From Azolla caroliniana (taxonomy: Eukaryota > Plantae > Polypodiophyta), in the NCBI GenBank assembly GCA_043228905.1, contig JBHGNT010000038.1:62001-126000 (forward strand): a DNA stretch of 64,000 nucleotides. The letters are read 5' to 3'. Below are positions 13,081 to 26,549 of the stretch, one piece after another. The notes below the pieces were generated by a model that was given only the letters and a program-made list of their open reading frames with translations, did no database searches and was not told the DNA's origin. The stretch's first letter is position 1. Each line of letters opens with the position of its first letter. The position numbers were made by a program, and so were the translations under genes.

Positions 13081-15329
13081 TATGTTCATACCTAGCTCGT
13101 GTGATATCGGATTTTTGTGTTCAAACATGCGAATCGAAGCTAACAACGCTAGCTATGATATGGAATTAAAAAATCAAGATTTTGAAACTCAGGTCGAGAG
13201 ACATGACGAAATTACCAAATTTGAGGAGGGAGTTGAGAGGAGCCCTTGAGTAAATTAAAATGGTCATACCTAGAGAGTGTGATATCGGATTTTTGTGTTC
13301 AAACATTGGAATCGAAGCTAACAACGCTAGGTATGATATAGAATTAAAAAATCAAGATTTTGAAACTCAGGTCGAGAGACATGACGAAATTACCAAATTT
13401 GAGGAGTGAGTTAAGAAGAGCTATTAGGTAAATTATAATGTTCATACCTGGCTCGTGTGATATCGGATTTCTGTGTTCAAACATGCGAATCGAAGCTAAT
13501 AACGCTAGCTATGATATGGAATTAAAAAATCAATATTTTGAAACTCAGGTCGAGAGACATGACGAAATTAGCAAATTTGAGGAGTGAGTTGAGATGAGCC
13601 CTTGAGTAAATTAAAATGTTCATACATAGCGAGTGTGATATCGGATTTTTGTGTACAAACATGCGAATCGAAGTTAACAACGCTAGCTATGATATGGAAT
13701 TAAAAAATCAAGATTTTGAAACTCAGGTCGAGAGACATGACGAAATTACCAAATTTGAGGAGTGAGTTGAGAGGAGCCCTTGAGTAAATTATAATGTTCA
13801 TACCTGGTTCGTGTGATATCGGATTTTTGTGTTCAAACATGCGAATCGAAGCTAATAACGCTAGCTATGATATGGAATTAAAAAATCAAGATTTTGCAAC
13901 TCAAGTCAAGAGACATGAAGAAATTACCAAATTTGAGGAGTGAGGTTGGAAGAGCGCGTGAGTGAATTAAAATGTTCATACCTGGCTCGTGTGATATCGG
14001 ATTTTTGTGTTCAAACATGCGAATCGAAGCTAACAACGCTAGCTATGATATGGAATAAAAAAAACAAGATTTTCAAACTGAGGTCAAGAGACATGACGAA
14101 ATTAGCAAATTTGAGGAGTGAGTTGAGAGGAGCCCTTGAGTAAATTAAAATGTTCATACATAGCGAGTGTGATATCGGATTTTTGTGTACAAACATGCGA
14201 ATCGAAGCTAACAACGCTAGCTATGATATGGAATTAAAAAATCAAGATTTTGAAACTCAGGTCGAGAGACATGACGAAATTACCAAATTTGAGGAGGGGG
14301 TTGAGAGGGGCCCTTGAGTAAATTAAAATGTTCATACCTAGCTCGTGTGATATCGGATTTTTGTGTTCAAACATGCGAATCGAAGCTAACAACGCTAGCT
14401 ATGATATGGAATAAAAAAAACAAGATTTTGAAACTCAGGTCGAGAGACATGACGAAATTATCAAATTTGAGGAGTGAGTTGAGAGGAGCCCTTGAGTAAA
14501 TTAAAATGGTCATACCTAGCGAGTGTGATATCGGATTTTTGTGTACAAACATGCGAATCGAAGCTAACAACGCTAGCTATGATATGGAATTAAAAAATCA
14601 AGATTTTGAAACTCAGGTCGAGAGACATGACGAAATTACCAAATTTGAGGAGGGGGTTGAGAGGGGCCCTTGAGTAAATTAAAATGTTCATACCTAGCTC
14701 GTGTGATATCGGATTTTTGTGTTCAAACATGCGAATCGAAGCTAACAACGCTAGCTATGATATGGAGTAAAAAAAACAAGATTTTGAAACTCAGGTCGAG
14801 AGACATGACGAAATTACCAAATTTGAGGAGTGAGTTGAGAGGAGCCCTTGAGTAAATTAAAATGGTCATACCTAGCGATTGTGATATCGGATTTTTGTGT
14901 ACAAACATGCGAATCGAAGCTAACAACGCTAGCTATGATATGGAATTAAAAAATCAAGATTTTGAAACCTACGTCGAGAGATATGACGAAATTAGCAAAT
15001 TTGAGGAGTGAGTTGAGAGGAGCCCTTGAGTAAATTAAAATGGTCATACCTAGCGAGTGTGATATCGGATTTTTGTGTTCAAACATGCGAATCTAAGCTA
15101 ACAACGCTAGCTATGATATGGAATTAAAAAATCAAGATTTTGAAACTCAGGTCGAGAGACATGACGAAATTACCAAATTTGAGGAGCGAGTTAAGAAGAG
15201 CTATTAGGTACATTACAATGTTCATACCTGGCTCGTGTGATATCGGTTTTTTGTGTTCAAACATGCGAATCGAAGCTAACAATGCTAGCTATGATATGGA
15301 ATTAAAAAATCAAGATTTTGAAACTCAGG

Positions 15330-18000
15330 TCGAGAGACATGACGAAATTTCCAAATTTCAGGAGGGAGTTGAGAAGAGCTAGTAGGTAAATTATAATGTT
15401 CATACCTGGTTCGTGTGATATCGGATTTTTTTGTTCAAACATTCGAATCGAAGCTAACAACGCTAGCTATGATATGGAATTACAAAATCAAGATTTTGAA
15501 ACTCCAGTCGAGAGACATGATGAAATTACCAAATTTGAGGAGTGACGTTGGAAGAGCGCGTGAGTGAATTAAAATGTTCATACCTGGCTCGTGTGATATC
15601 GGATTTTTGTGTTCAAACATGCAAATCGAAGCTAACAACGCTAGCTATGATATGGAATAAAAAAAACAAGATTTTGAAACTCAGGTCAAGAGACATGACG
15701 AAATTAGCAAATTTGAGGAGTGAGTTGAGAGGAGCCCTTGAGTAAAGTAAAATGTTCATACCTAGCGAGTGTGATATCCGCTTTTTGTGTAAAAACATGC
15801 GAATCGAAGCTAACAACGCTAGCTATGATATGGAATTAAAAAATCAAGACTTTGAAACTCAGGTCAAGAGACATGACGAAATTACTAAATTTGAGGAGGG
15901 AGTTGAGAGGGGCCCTTGAGTAAATTAAAATGGTAATACCTAGCTCGTGTGATATCGGATTTTTGTGTTCAAACCTGCGAATCGAAGCTAACAACGCTAG
16001 CTACGACATGGAATAAAAAAAAACAAGATTTTGAAACTCAGGTCAAGAGACATGACGAAATTAGCAAATTTGAGGAGTGAGTTGAGAGGAGCCCTTGAGT
16101 AAATTAAAATGTTCATACATAGCGAGTGTGATATCGGATTTTTGTGTACAAACATGTGAATCGAAGCTAACAACGCTAGCTATGATATGGAATTAAAAAA
16201 TCAAGATTTTGAAACTCAGGTCGAGAGACATGACGAAATTACCAAATTTGAGGAGTGAGTTGAGAGGAGCCCTTGAGTAAATTAAAATGGTCATACCTAG
16301 CGAGTGTGATATCGGATTTTTGTGTACAAACATGCGAATCGAAGCTTACAACGCTAGCTATGATATGGAATTACAAAATCAAGATTTTGAAACTCAGGTC
16401 GAGAGACATGACGAAATTACCAAATTTGAGGAGGGAGTTGAGAGGGGCCCTTGAGTAAATTAAAATGTTCATACCTAGCGAGTGTGATATCGGATTTTTG
16501 TGTTCAAACATGCGAATCGAAGCTAACAATGCTAGCTATGATATGGAATTAAAAAATCAAGATTTTGAAACTCAGGTCGAGAGACATGACAAAATTTCCA
16601 AATTTCAGGAGGGAGTTGAGAAGAGCTAGTAGGTAAATTATAATGTTCATACCTGGTTCGTGTGATATCGGATTTTTGTGTTCAAACATGCGAATCGAAG
16701 CTAATAACGCTAGCTATGATATGGAATTAAAAAATGAAGATTTTGCTACTCAAGTCGAGAGACATGAAGAAATTACCAAATTTGAGGAGTGAGGTTGGAA
16801 GAGCGCGTGAGTGAATTAAAATGTTCATACCTGGCTCGTGTGATATCGGATTTTTGTGTTCAAACATGCGAATCGAAGCTAACAACGCTAGCTATCATAT
16901 GGAATAAAAAAAACAAGATTTTGAAACTCAGGTCAAGAGACATGACGAAATTAGCAAATTTGAGGAGTGAGTTGAGAGGAGCCCTTGAGTAAATTAAAAT
17001 GTTCATACCTAGCGAGTGTGATATCGGCTTTTTGTGTACAAACATGCGAATCGAAGCTAACAACGCTAGCTATGATATGGAATTAAAAAATCAAGACTTT
17101 GAAACTTACGTCGAGAGATATGACGAAATTAGCAAATTTGAGGAGTGAGTTGAGAGGAGCCCTTGAGTAAATTAAAATGGTCATACCTAGCGAGTGTGAT
17201 ATCGGATTTTTGTGTACAAACATGCGAATCGAAGCTAACAACGCTAGCTATGATATGGAATTACAAAATGAAGATTTTGAAACTCAGGTCGAGAGACATG
17301 ACGAAATTACCAAATTTGAGGAGGGAGTTGAGAGGGGCTCTTGAGTAAATTAAAATGTTCATACCTAGCGAGTGTGATATCGGATTTTTGTGTTCAAACA
17401 TGCGAATCGAAGCTAACAATGCTAGCTATGATATGGAATTAAAAAATCAAGATTTTGAAACTCAGGTCGAGAGATATGACGAAATTTCCAAATTTCAGGA
17501 GGGAGTTGAGAAGAGCTAGTAGGTAAATTATAATGTTCATACCTGGTTCGTGTGATATCGGATTTTTGTGTTCAAACATGCGAATCGAAGCTAATAACGC
17601 TAGCTATGATATGGAATTAAAAAATCAAGATTTTGCAACTCAAGTCAAGAGACATGAAGAAATTACCAAATTTGAGGAGTGAGTTGAGAGGAGCCCTTGA
17701 GTAAATTAAAATGGTCATACCTAGCGAGTGTGATATCGGATTTTTGTGTACAAACATGCGAATCGAAGCTAACAACGCTAGCTATGATATGGAATTAAAA
17801 AATCAAGATTTTGAAACTTACGTCGAGAGATATGACGAAATTAGCAAATTTGAGGAGTGAGTTGAGATGAGCCCTTGAGTAAATTAAAATGGTCATACCT
17901 AGCGAGTGTGATATCGGATTTTTGTGTTCAAACATGCGAATCTAAGCTAACAACGCTAGCTATGATATGGAATTAAAAAATCAAGATTTTGAAACTCAGG
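15330..18000 (+). repeat. Block of about 15 monomers, copy 1 of a dispersed duplication (copy 2 at about 26550-29400)
   Basis: Rare markers GAGTGACGTTGG, TTTTTTGTTCAAACATTCGAATC, ACTCCAGTCG and GCTATCATATGGAATAAAA occur in both copies. ORF offsets are 15542/26760 (11218) and 16789/28185 (11396). Confidence 0.8.
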
Positions 18001-18264
18001 TCGAGAGACATGAAGAAATTACCAAATTTGAGGAGGGAGTTAAGAAGAGCTATTAGGTAAATTACAATGTTCATACCTGGCTCGTGTGATATCGGATTTT
18101 TGTGTTCAAACATTGGAATCGAAGCTAACAACGCTAGGTATGCTATAGAATTAAAAAATCAAGATTTTGAAACTCAGGTCGAGAGACATGACGAAATTAC
18201 CAAATTTGAGGAGTGAGTTAAGAAGAGCTATTAGGTAAATTATAATGTTCATACCTGGCTCGTG

Positions 18265-21200
18265 TGATATCGGATTTCTGTGTTCAAACATGCGAATCGA
18301 AGCTAATAACGCTAGCTATGATATGGAATGAAAAAATCAAGATTTTGAAACTCAGGTCGAGAGACATGACGAAATTACCAAATTTGAGGAGGGAGTTGAG
18401 AGGGGCCCTTGAGTAAATTAATATGTTCATACCTAGCTCGTGTGATATCGGATTTTTGTGTACAAACATGCGAATCGAAGCTAACAACGCTAGCTATGAT
18501 ATGGAATGAAAAAATCAAGATTTTGAAACTCAGGTCGAGAGACATGACGAAATTACCAAATTTGAGGAGTGAGTTGAGAGGAGCCCTTGAGTAAATTATA
18601 ATGTTCATACCTGGTTCGTGTGATATCGGATTTTTGTGTTCAAACATGCGAATCGAAGCTAATAACGCTAGCTATGATATGGAATTAAAAAATCAAGATT
18701 TTGCAACTCAAGTCAAGAGACATGAAGAAATTACCAAATTTGAGGAGTGAGGTTGGAAGAGCGCGTGAGTGAATTAAAATGTTCATACCTGGCTCGTGTG
18801 ATATCGGATTTTTGTGTTCAAACATGCGAATCGAAGCTAACAACGCTAGCTATGATATGGAATAAAAAAAACAAGATTTTCAAACTGAGGTCAAGAGACA
18901 TGACGAAATTAGCAAATTTGAGGAGTGAGTTGAGAGGAGCCCTTGAGTAAATTAAAATGATCATACCTAGAGAGTGTGATATCGGATTTTTGTGTACAAA
19001 CATGCGAATCGAAGCTAACAACGCTAGCTATGATATGGAATTAAAAAATCAAGACTTTGAAACTCAGGTCAAGAGACATGACGAAATTACTAAATTTGAG
19101 GAGGGAGTTGAAAGGGGCCCTTGAGTAAATTAAAATGGTCATACCTAGCTCGTGTGATATCGGATTTTTGTGTTCAAACATGCGAATCGAAGCTAACAAC
19201 GCTAGCTACGACATGGAATAAAAAAAAAGAAGATTTTGAAACTCAGGTCAAGAGACATGACGAAATTAGCAAATTTGAGGAGTGAGTTGAGAGGAGCCCT
19301 TGACTAAATTAAAATGTTCATACCTAGCTCGTGTGATATCGGATTTTTGTGTACAAACATGCGAATCGAAGCTAAAAACGCTAGCTATGATATGGAATTA
19401 AAAAATCAAGATTTTGAAACTCAGGTCGAGAGACATGACGAAATTACCAAATTTGAGGAGGGAGTTGAGAGGGGCCCTTGAGTAAATTAATATGTTCATA
19501 CCTAGCTCGTGTGATATCGGATTTTTGTGTTCAAACATGCGAATCGAAGCTAACAATGCTAGCTATGATATGGAATTAAAAAATCAAGATTTTGAAATTC
19601 AGGTCGAGAGACATGAAGAAATTACCAAATTTGAGGAGGGAGTTAAGAAGAGCTATTAGGTAAATTACAATGTTCATACCTGGCTCGTGTGATATCGGAT
19701 TTTTGTGTTCAAACATTGGAATCGAAGCTAACAACGCTAGCTATGATATAGAATTAAAAAATCAAGATTTTGAAACTCAGGTCGAGAGACATGACGAAAT
19801 TACCAAATTTGAGGAGTGAGTTAAGAAGAGCTATTAGGTAAATTATAATGTTCATACCTGGCTCGTGTGATATCGGATTTCTGTGTTCAAACATGCGAAT
19901 CGAAGCTAATAACGCTAGCTATGATATGGAATTAAAAAATCAATATTTTGAAACTCAGGTCGAGAGACATGACGAAATTAGCAAATTTGAGGAGTGAGTT
20001 GAGATGAGCCCTTGAGTAAATTAAAATGTTCATACATAGCGAGTGTGATATCGGATTTTTGTGTACAAACATGCGAATCGAAGCTAACAACGCTAGCTAT
20101 GATATGGAATTAAAAAATCAAGATTTTGAAACTCAGGTCGAGGGACATGACGAAATTACCAAATTTGAGGAGTGAGTTGAGAGGAGCCCTTGAGTAAATT
20201 ATAATGTTCATACCTGGTTCGTGTGATATCGGATTTTTGTGTTCAAACATGCGAATCGAAGCTAATAACGCTAGCTATGATATGGAATTAAAAAATCAAG
20301 ATTTTGCAACTCAAGTCAAGAGACATGAAGAAATTACCAAATTTGAGGAGTGAGGTTGGAAGAGCGCGTGAGTGAATTAAAATGTTCATACCTGGCTCGT
20401 GTGATATCGGATTTTTGTGTTCAAACATGCGAATCGAAGCTAACAACGCTAGCTATGATATGGAATAAAAAAATCAAGATTTTCAAACTCAGGTCGAGAG
20501 ACATGACGAAATTACCAAATTTGAGGAGTGAGTTGAGAGGAGCCCTTGAGTAAATTAAAATGGTCATACCTAGCGAGTGTGATATCGGATTTTTGTGTAC
20601 AAACATGCGAATCGAAGCTAACAACGCTAGCTATGATATGGAATTAAAAAATCAAGATTTTGAAACTCAGGTCGAGAGACATGACGAAATTACCAAATTT
20701 GAGGAGGGGGTTGAGAGGGGCCCTTGAGTAAATTAAAATGTTCATACCTAGCTCGTGTGATATCGGATTTTTGTGTTCAAACATGCGAATCGAAGCTAAC
20801 AACGCTAGCTATGATATGGAGTAAAAAAAACAAGATTTTGAAACTCAGGTCGAGAGACATGACGAAATTACCAAATTTGAGGAGTGAGTTGAGAGGAGCC
20901 CTTGAGTAAATTAAAATGGGCATACCTAGCGAGTGTGATATCGGATTTCTGTGTTCAAACATGCGAATCGAAGCTAATAACGCTAGCTATGATATGGAAT
21001 GAAAAAATCAAGATTTTGAAACTCAGGTCGAGAGACATGACGAAATTACCAAATTTGAGGAGGGAGTTGAGAGGGGCCCTTGAGTAAATTAATATGTTCA
21101 TACCTAGCTCGTGTGATATCGGATTTTTGTGTACAAACATGCGAATCGAAGCTAACAACGCTAGCTATGATATGGAATTAAAAAATCAAGATTTTGAAAC

Positions 21201-23305
21201 TCAGGTCGAGAGACATGACGAAATTACCAAATTTGAGGAGTGAGTTGAGAGGAGCCCTTGAGTAAATTATAATGTTCATACCTGGTTCGTGTGATATCGG
21301 ATTTTTGTGTTCAAACATGCGAATCGAAGCTAATAACGCTAGCTATGATATGGAATTAAAAAATCAAGATTTTGCAACTCAAGTCAAGAGACATGAAGAA
21401 ATTACCAAATTTGAGGAGTGAGGTTGGAAGAGCGCGTGAGTGAATTAAAATGTTCATACCTGGCTCGTGTGATATCGGATTTTTGTGTTCAAACATGCGA
21501 ATCGAAGCTAACAACGCTAGCTATGATATGGAATAAAAAAAACAAGATTTTCAAACTGAGGTCAAGAGACATGACGAAATTAGCAAATTTGAGGAGTGAG
21601 TTGAGAGGAGCCCTTGAGTAAATTAAAATGGTCATACCTAGAGAGTGTGATATCGGATTTTTGTGTACAAACATGCGAATCGAAGCTAACAACGCTAGCT
21701 ATGATATGGAATTAAAAAATCAAGACTTTGAAACTCAGGTCAAGAGACATGACGAAATTACTAAATTTGAGGAGGGAGTTGAAAGGGGCCCTTGAGTAAA
21801 TTAAAATGGTCATACCTAGCTCGTGTGATATCGGATTTTTGTGTTCAAACATGCGAATCGAAGCTAACAACGCTAGCTACGACATGGAATAAAAAAAAAG
21901 AAGATTTTGAAACTCAGGTCAAGAGACATGACGAAATTAGCAAATTTGAGGAGTGAGTTGAGAGGAGCCCTTGACTAAATTAAAATGTTCATACCTAGCT
22001 CGTGTGATATCGGATTTTTGTGTACAAACATGCGAATCGAAGCTAAAAACGCTAGCTATGATATGGAATTAAAAAATCAAGATTTTGAAACTCAGGTCGA
22101 GAGACATGACGAAATTACCAAATTTGAGGAGGGAGTTGAGAGGGGCCCTTGAGTAAATTAATATGTTCATACCTAGCTCGTGTGATATCGGATTTTTGTG
22201 TTCAAACATGCGAATCGAAGCTAACAATGCTAGCTATGATATGGAATTAAAAAATCAAGATTTTGAAATTCAGGTCGAGAGACATGAAGAAATTACCAAA
22301 TTTGAGGAGGGAGTTAAGAAGAGCTATTAGGTAAATTACAATGTTCATACCTGGCTCGTGTGATATCGGATTTTTGTGTTCAAACATTGGAATCGAAGCT
22401 AACAACGCTAGCTATGATATAGAATTAAAAAATCAAGATTTTGAAACTCAGGTCGAGAGACATGACGAAATTACCAAATTTGAGGAGTGAGTTAAGAAGA
22501 GCTATTAGGTAAATTATAATGTTCATACCTGGCTCGTGTGATATCGGATTTCTGTGTTCAAACATGCGAATCGAAGCTAATAACGCTAGCTATGATATGG
22601 AATTAAAAAATCAATATTTTGAAACTCAGGTCGAGAGACATGACGAAATTAGCAAATTTGAGGAGTGAGTTGAGATGAGCCCTTGAGTAAATTAAAATGT
22701 TCATACATAGCGAGTGTGATATCGGATTTTTGTGTACAAACATGCGAATCGAAGCTAACAACGCTAGCTATGATATGGAATTAAAAAATCAAGATTTTGA
22801 AACTCAGGTCGAGAGACATGACGAAATTACCAAATTTGAGGAGTGAGTTGAGAGGAGCCCTTGAGTAAATTATAATGTTCATACCTGGTTCGTGTGATAT
22901 CGGATTTTTGTGTTCAAACATGCGAATCGAAGCTAATAACGCTAGCTATGATATGGAATTAAAAAATCAAGATTTTGCAACTCAAGTCAAGAGACATGAA
23001 GAAATTACCAAATTTGAGGAGTGAGGTTGGAAGAGCGCGTGAGTGAATTAAAATGTTCATACCTGGCTCGTGTGATATCGGATTTTTGTGTTCAAACATG
23101 CGAATCGAAGCTAACAACGCTAGCTATGATATGGAATAAAAAAATCAAGATTTTCAAACTCAGGTCGAGAGACATGACGAAATTACCAAATTTGAGGAGT
23201 GAGTTGAGAGGAGCCCTTGAGTAAATTAAAATGGTCATACCTAGCGAGTGTGATATCGGATTTTTGTGTACAAACATGCGAATCGAAGCTAACAACGCTA
23301 GCTAT
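18265..23305 (+). repeat. Near-tandem duplication with 15-monomer (2671 bp) offset
   Basis: ORF pairs 18284/20955, 18747/21418 and 20350/23021 are all offset by 2671. Private AAAAAAAAGAAG (about 19221/21892) and GAAATTCAGG (about 19594/22265) occur in both copies. Confidence 0.88.
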
Positions 23306-23870
23306 CATATGGAATTGAAAAATCAAGATTTTGAAACTCAGGTCGAGAGACATGACGAAATTAGCAAATTTGAGGAGTGAGTTGAGAGAAGCCCTTGAGT
23401 AAATTAAAATGTTCATACCTAGCGAGTGTGATATCGGAATTTTGTGTACAAACATGCGAATCGAAGCTAATAACGCTAGCTATGATATGGAATTAAAAAA
23501 TCAAGATTTTGCAACTCAAGTCAAGAGACATGAAGAAATTACCAAATTTGAGGAGTGAGGTTGGAAGAGCGCGTGAGTGAATTAAAATGTTCATACCTGG
23601 CTCGTGTGATATCGGATTTTTGTGTTCAAACATGCGAATCGAAGCTAACAACGCTAGCTATGATATGGAATAAAAAAATCAAGATTTTCAAACTCAGGTC
23701 GAGAGACATGACGAAATTACCAAATTTGAGGAGTGAGTTGAGAGGAGCCCTTGAGTAAATTAAAATGGTCATACCTAGCGAGTGTGATATCGGATTTTTG
23801 TGTACAAACATGCGAATCGAAGCTAACAACGCTAGCTATCATATGGAATTGAAAAATCAAGATTTTGAAA
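22930..23870 (+). repeat. 3-mer (534 bp) tandem duplication
   Basis: ORFs at 23021/23555. GCTATCATATGGAATTGAAA occurs at about 23301 and 23835. Confidence 0.8.
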
Positions 23871-26549
23871 CTCCGGTCGAGAGACATGACGAAATTACCA
23901 AATTTGAGGAGTGAGTTGAGAGGAGCCCTTGAGTAAATTAAAATGGTCATACCTAGCGAGTGTGATATCGGATTTTTGTGTACAAACATGCGAATCGAAG
24001 CTAACAACGCTAGCTATGATATGGAATTAAAAAATCAAGATTTTGAAACTCAGGTCGAGAGACATGACGAAATTACCAAATTTGAGGAGGGGGTTGAGAG
24101 GGGCCCTTGAGTAAATTAAAATGTTCATACCTAGCTCGTGTGATATCGGATTTTTGTGTTCAAACATGCGAATCGAAGCTAACAACGCTAGCTATGATAT
24201 GGAGTAAAAAAAACAAGATTTTGAAACTCAGGTCGAGAGACATGACGAAATTACCAAATTTGAGGAGTGAGTTGAGAGGAGCCCTTGAGTAAATTAAAAT
24301 GGTCATACCTAGCGAGTGTGATATCGGATTTTTGTGTACAAACATGCGAATCGAAGCTAACAACGCTAGCTATGATATGGAATTAAAAAATCAAGATTTT
24401 GAAACTTACGTCGAGAGATATGACGAAATTAGCAAATTTGAGGAGTGAGTTGAGAGGAGCCCTTGAGTAAATTAAAATGGTCATACCTAGCGAGTGTGAT
24501 ATCGGATTTTTGTGTTCAAACATGCGAATCTAAGCTAACAACGCTAGCTATGATATGGAATTAAAAAATCAAGATTTTGAAACGCAGGTCGAGAGACATG
24601 ACGAAATTACCAAATTTGAGGAGCGAGTTAAGAAGAGCTATTAGGTACATTACAATGTTCATACCTGGCTCGTGTGATATCGGTTTTTTGTTTTCAAACA
24701 TGCGAATCGAAGCTAACAATGCTAGCTATGATATGGAATTAAAAAATCAAGATTTTGAAACTCAGGTCGAGAGACATGACGAAATTACCAAATTTGAGGA
24801 GGGAGTTGAGAGGGGCCCTTGAGTAAATTAAAATGTTCATACCTAGCGAGTGTGATATCGGATTTTTGTGTTCAAACATGCGAATCGAAGCTAACAACGC
24901 TAGCTATGATATGGAATTAAAAAATCAAGATTTTGAAACTCAGGTCGAGAGACATGACGAAATTACCAAATTTGAGGAGGGAGTTGAGAGGAGCCCTTGA
25001 GTAAATTAAAATGGTCATACCTAGAGAGTGTGATATCGGATTTTTGTGTTCAAACATTGGTATCGAAGCTAACAACGCTAGGTATGATATAGAATTAAAA
25101 AATCAAGATTTTGAAACTCAGGTCGAGAGACATGACGAAATTACCAAATTTGAGGAGTGAGTTAAGAAGAGCTATTAGGTAAATTATAATGTTCATACCT
25201 GGCTCGTGTGATATCGGATTTCTGTGTTCAAACATGCGAATCGAAGCTAATAACGCTAGCTATGATATGGAATTAAAAAATCAATATTTTGAAACTCAGG
25301 TCGAGAGACATGACGAAATTAGCAAATTTGAGGAGTGAGTTGAGATGAGCCCTTGAGTAAATTAAAATGTTCATACATAGCGAGTGTGATATCGGATTTT
25401 TGTGTACAAACATGCGAATCGAAGCTAACAACGCTAGCTATGATATGGAATTAAAAAATCAAGATTTTGAAACTCAGGTCGAGAGACATGACGAAATTAC
25501 CAAATTTGAGGAGTGAGTTGAGAGGAGCCCTTGAGTAAATTATAATGTTCATACCTGGTTCGTGTGATATCGGATTTTTGTGTTCAAACATGCGAATCGA
25601 AGCTAATAACGCTAGCTATGATATGGAATTAAAAAATCAAGATTTTGCAACTCAAGTCAAGAGACATGAAGAAATTACCAAATTTGAGGAGTGAGGTAGG
25701 AAGAGCGCGTGAGTGAATTAAAATGTTCATACCTGGCTCGTGTGATATCGGATTTTTGTGTTCAAACATGCGAATCGAAGCTAACAACGCTAGCTATGAT
25801 ATGGAATAAAAAAAACAAGATTTTCAAACTCAGGTCAAGAGACATGACGAAATTAGCAAATTTGAGGAGTGAGTTGAGAGGAGTCCTTGAGTAAATTAAA
25901 ATGGTCATACCTAGAGAGTGTGATATCGGATTTTTGTGCACAAACATGCGAATCGAAGCTAACAACGCTAGCTATGATATGGAATTAAAAAATCAAGACT
26001 TTGAAACTCAGGTCAAGAGACATGACGAAATTACTAAATTTGAGGAGGGAGTTGAGAGGGGCCCTTGAGTAAATTAAAATGGTCATACCTAGCTCGTGTG
26101 ATATCGGATTTTTGTGTTCAAACATGCGAATCGAAGCTAACAACGCTAGCTACGACATGGAATAAAAAAAAACAAGATTTTGAAACTCAGGTCAAGAGAC
26201 ATGACGAAATTAGCAAATTTGAGGAGTGAGTTGAGAGGAGCCCTTGAGTAAATTAAAATGTTCATACATAGCGAGTGTGATATCGGATTTTTGTGTACAA
26301 ACATGCGAATCGAAGCTAAAAACGCTAGCTATGATATGGAATTAAAAAATCAAGATTTTGAAACTCAGGTCGAGAGACATGACGAAATTACCAAATTTGA
26401 GGAGGGAGTTGAGAGGGGCCCTTGAGTAAATTAATATGTTCATACCTAGCTCGTGTGATATCGGATTTTTGTGTTCAAACATGCGAATCGAAGCTAACAA
26501 CGCTAGCTATGATATGGAATTAAAAAATCAAGATTTTGAAACTCAGGTC

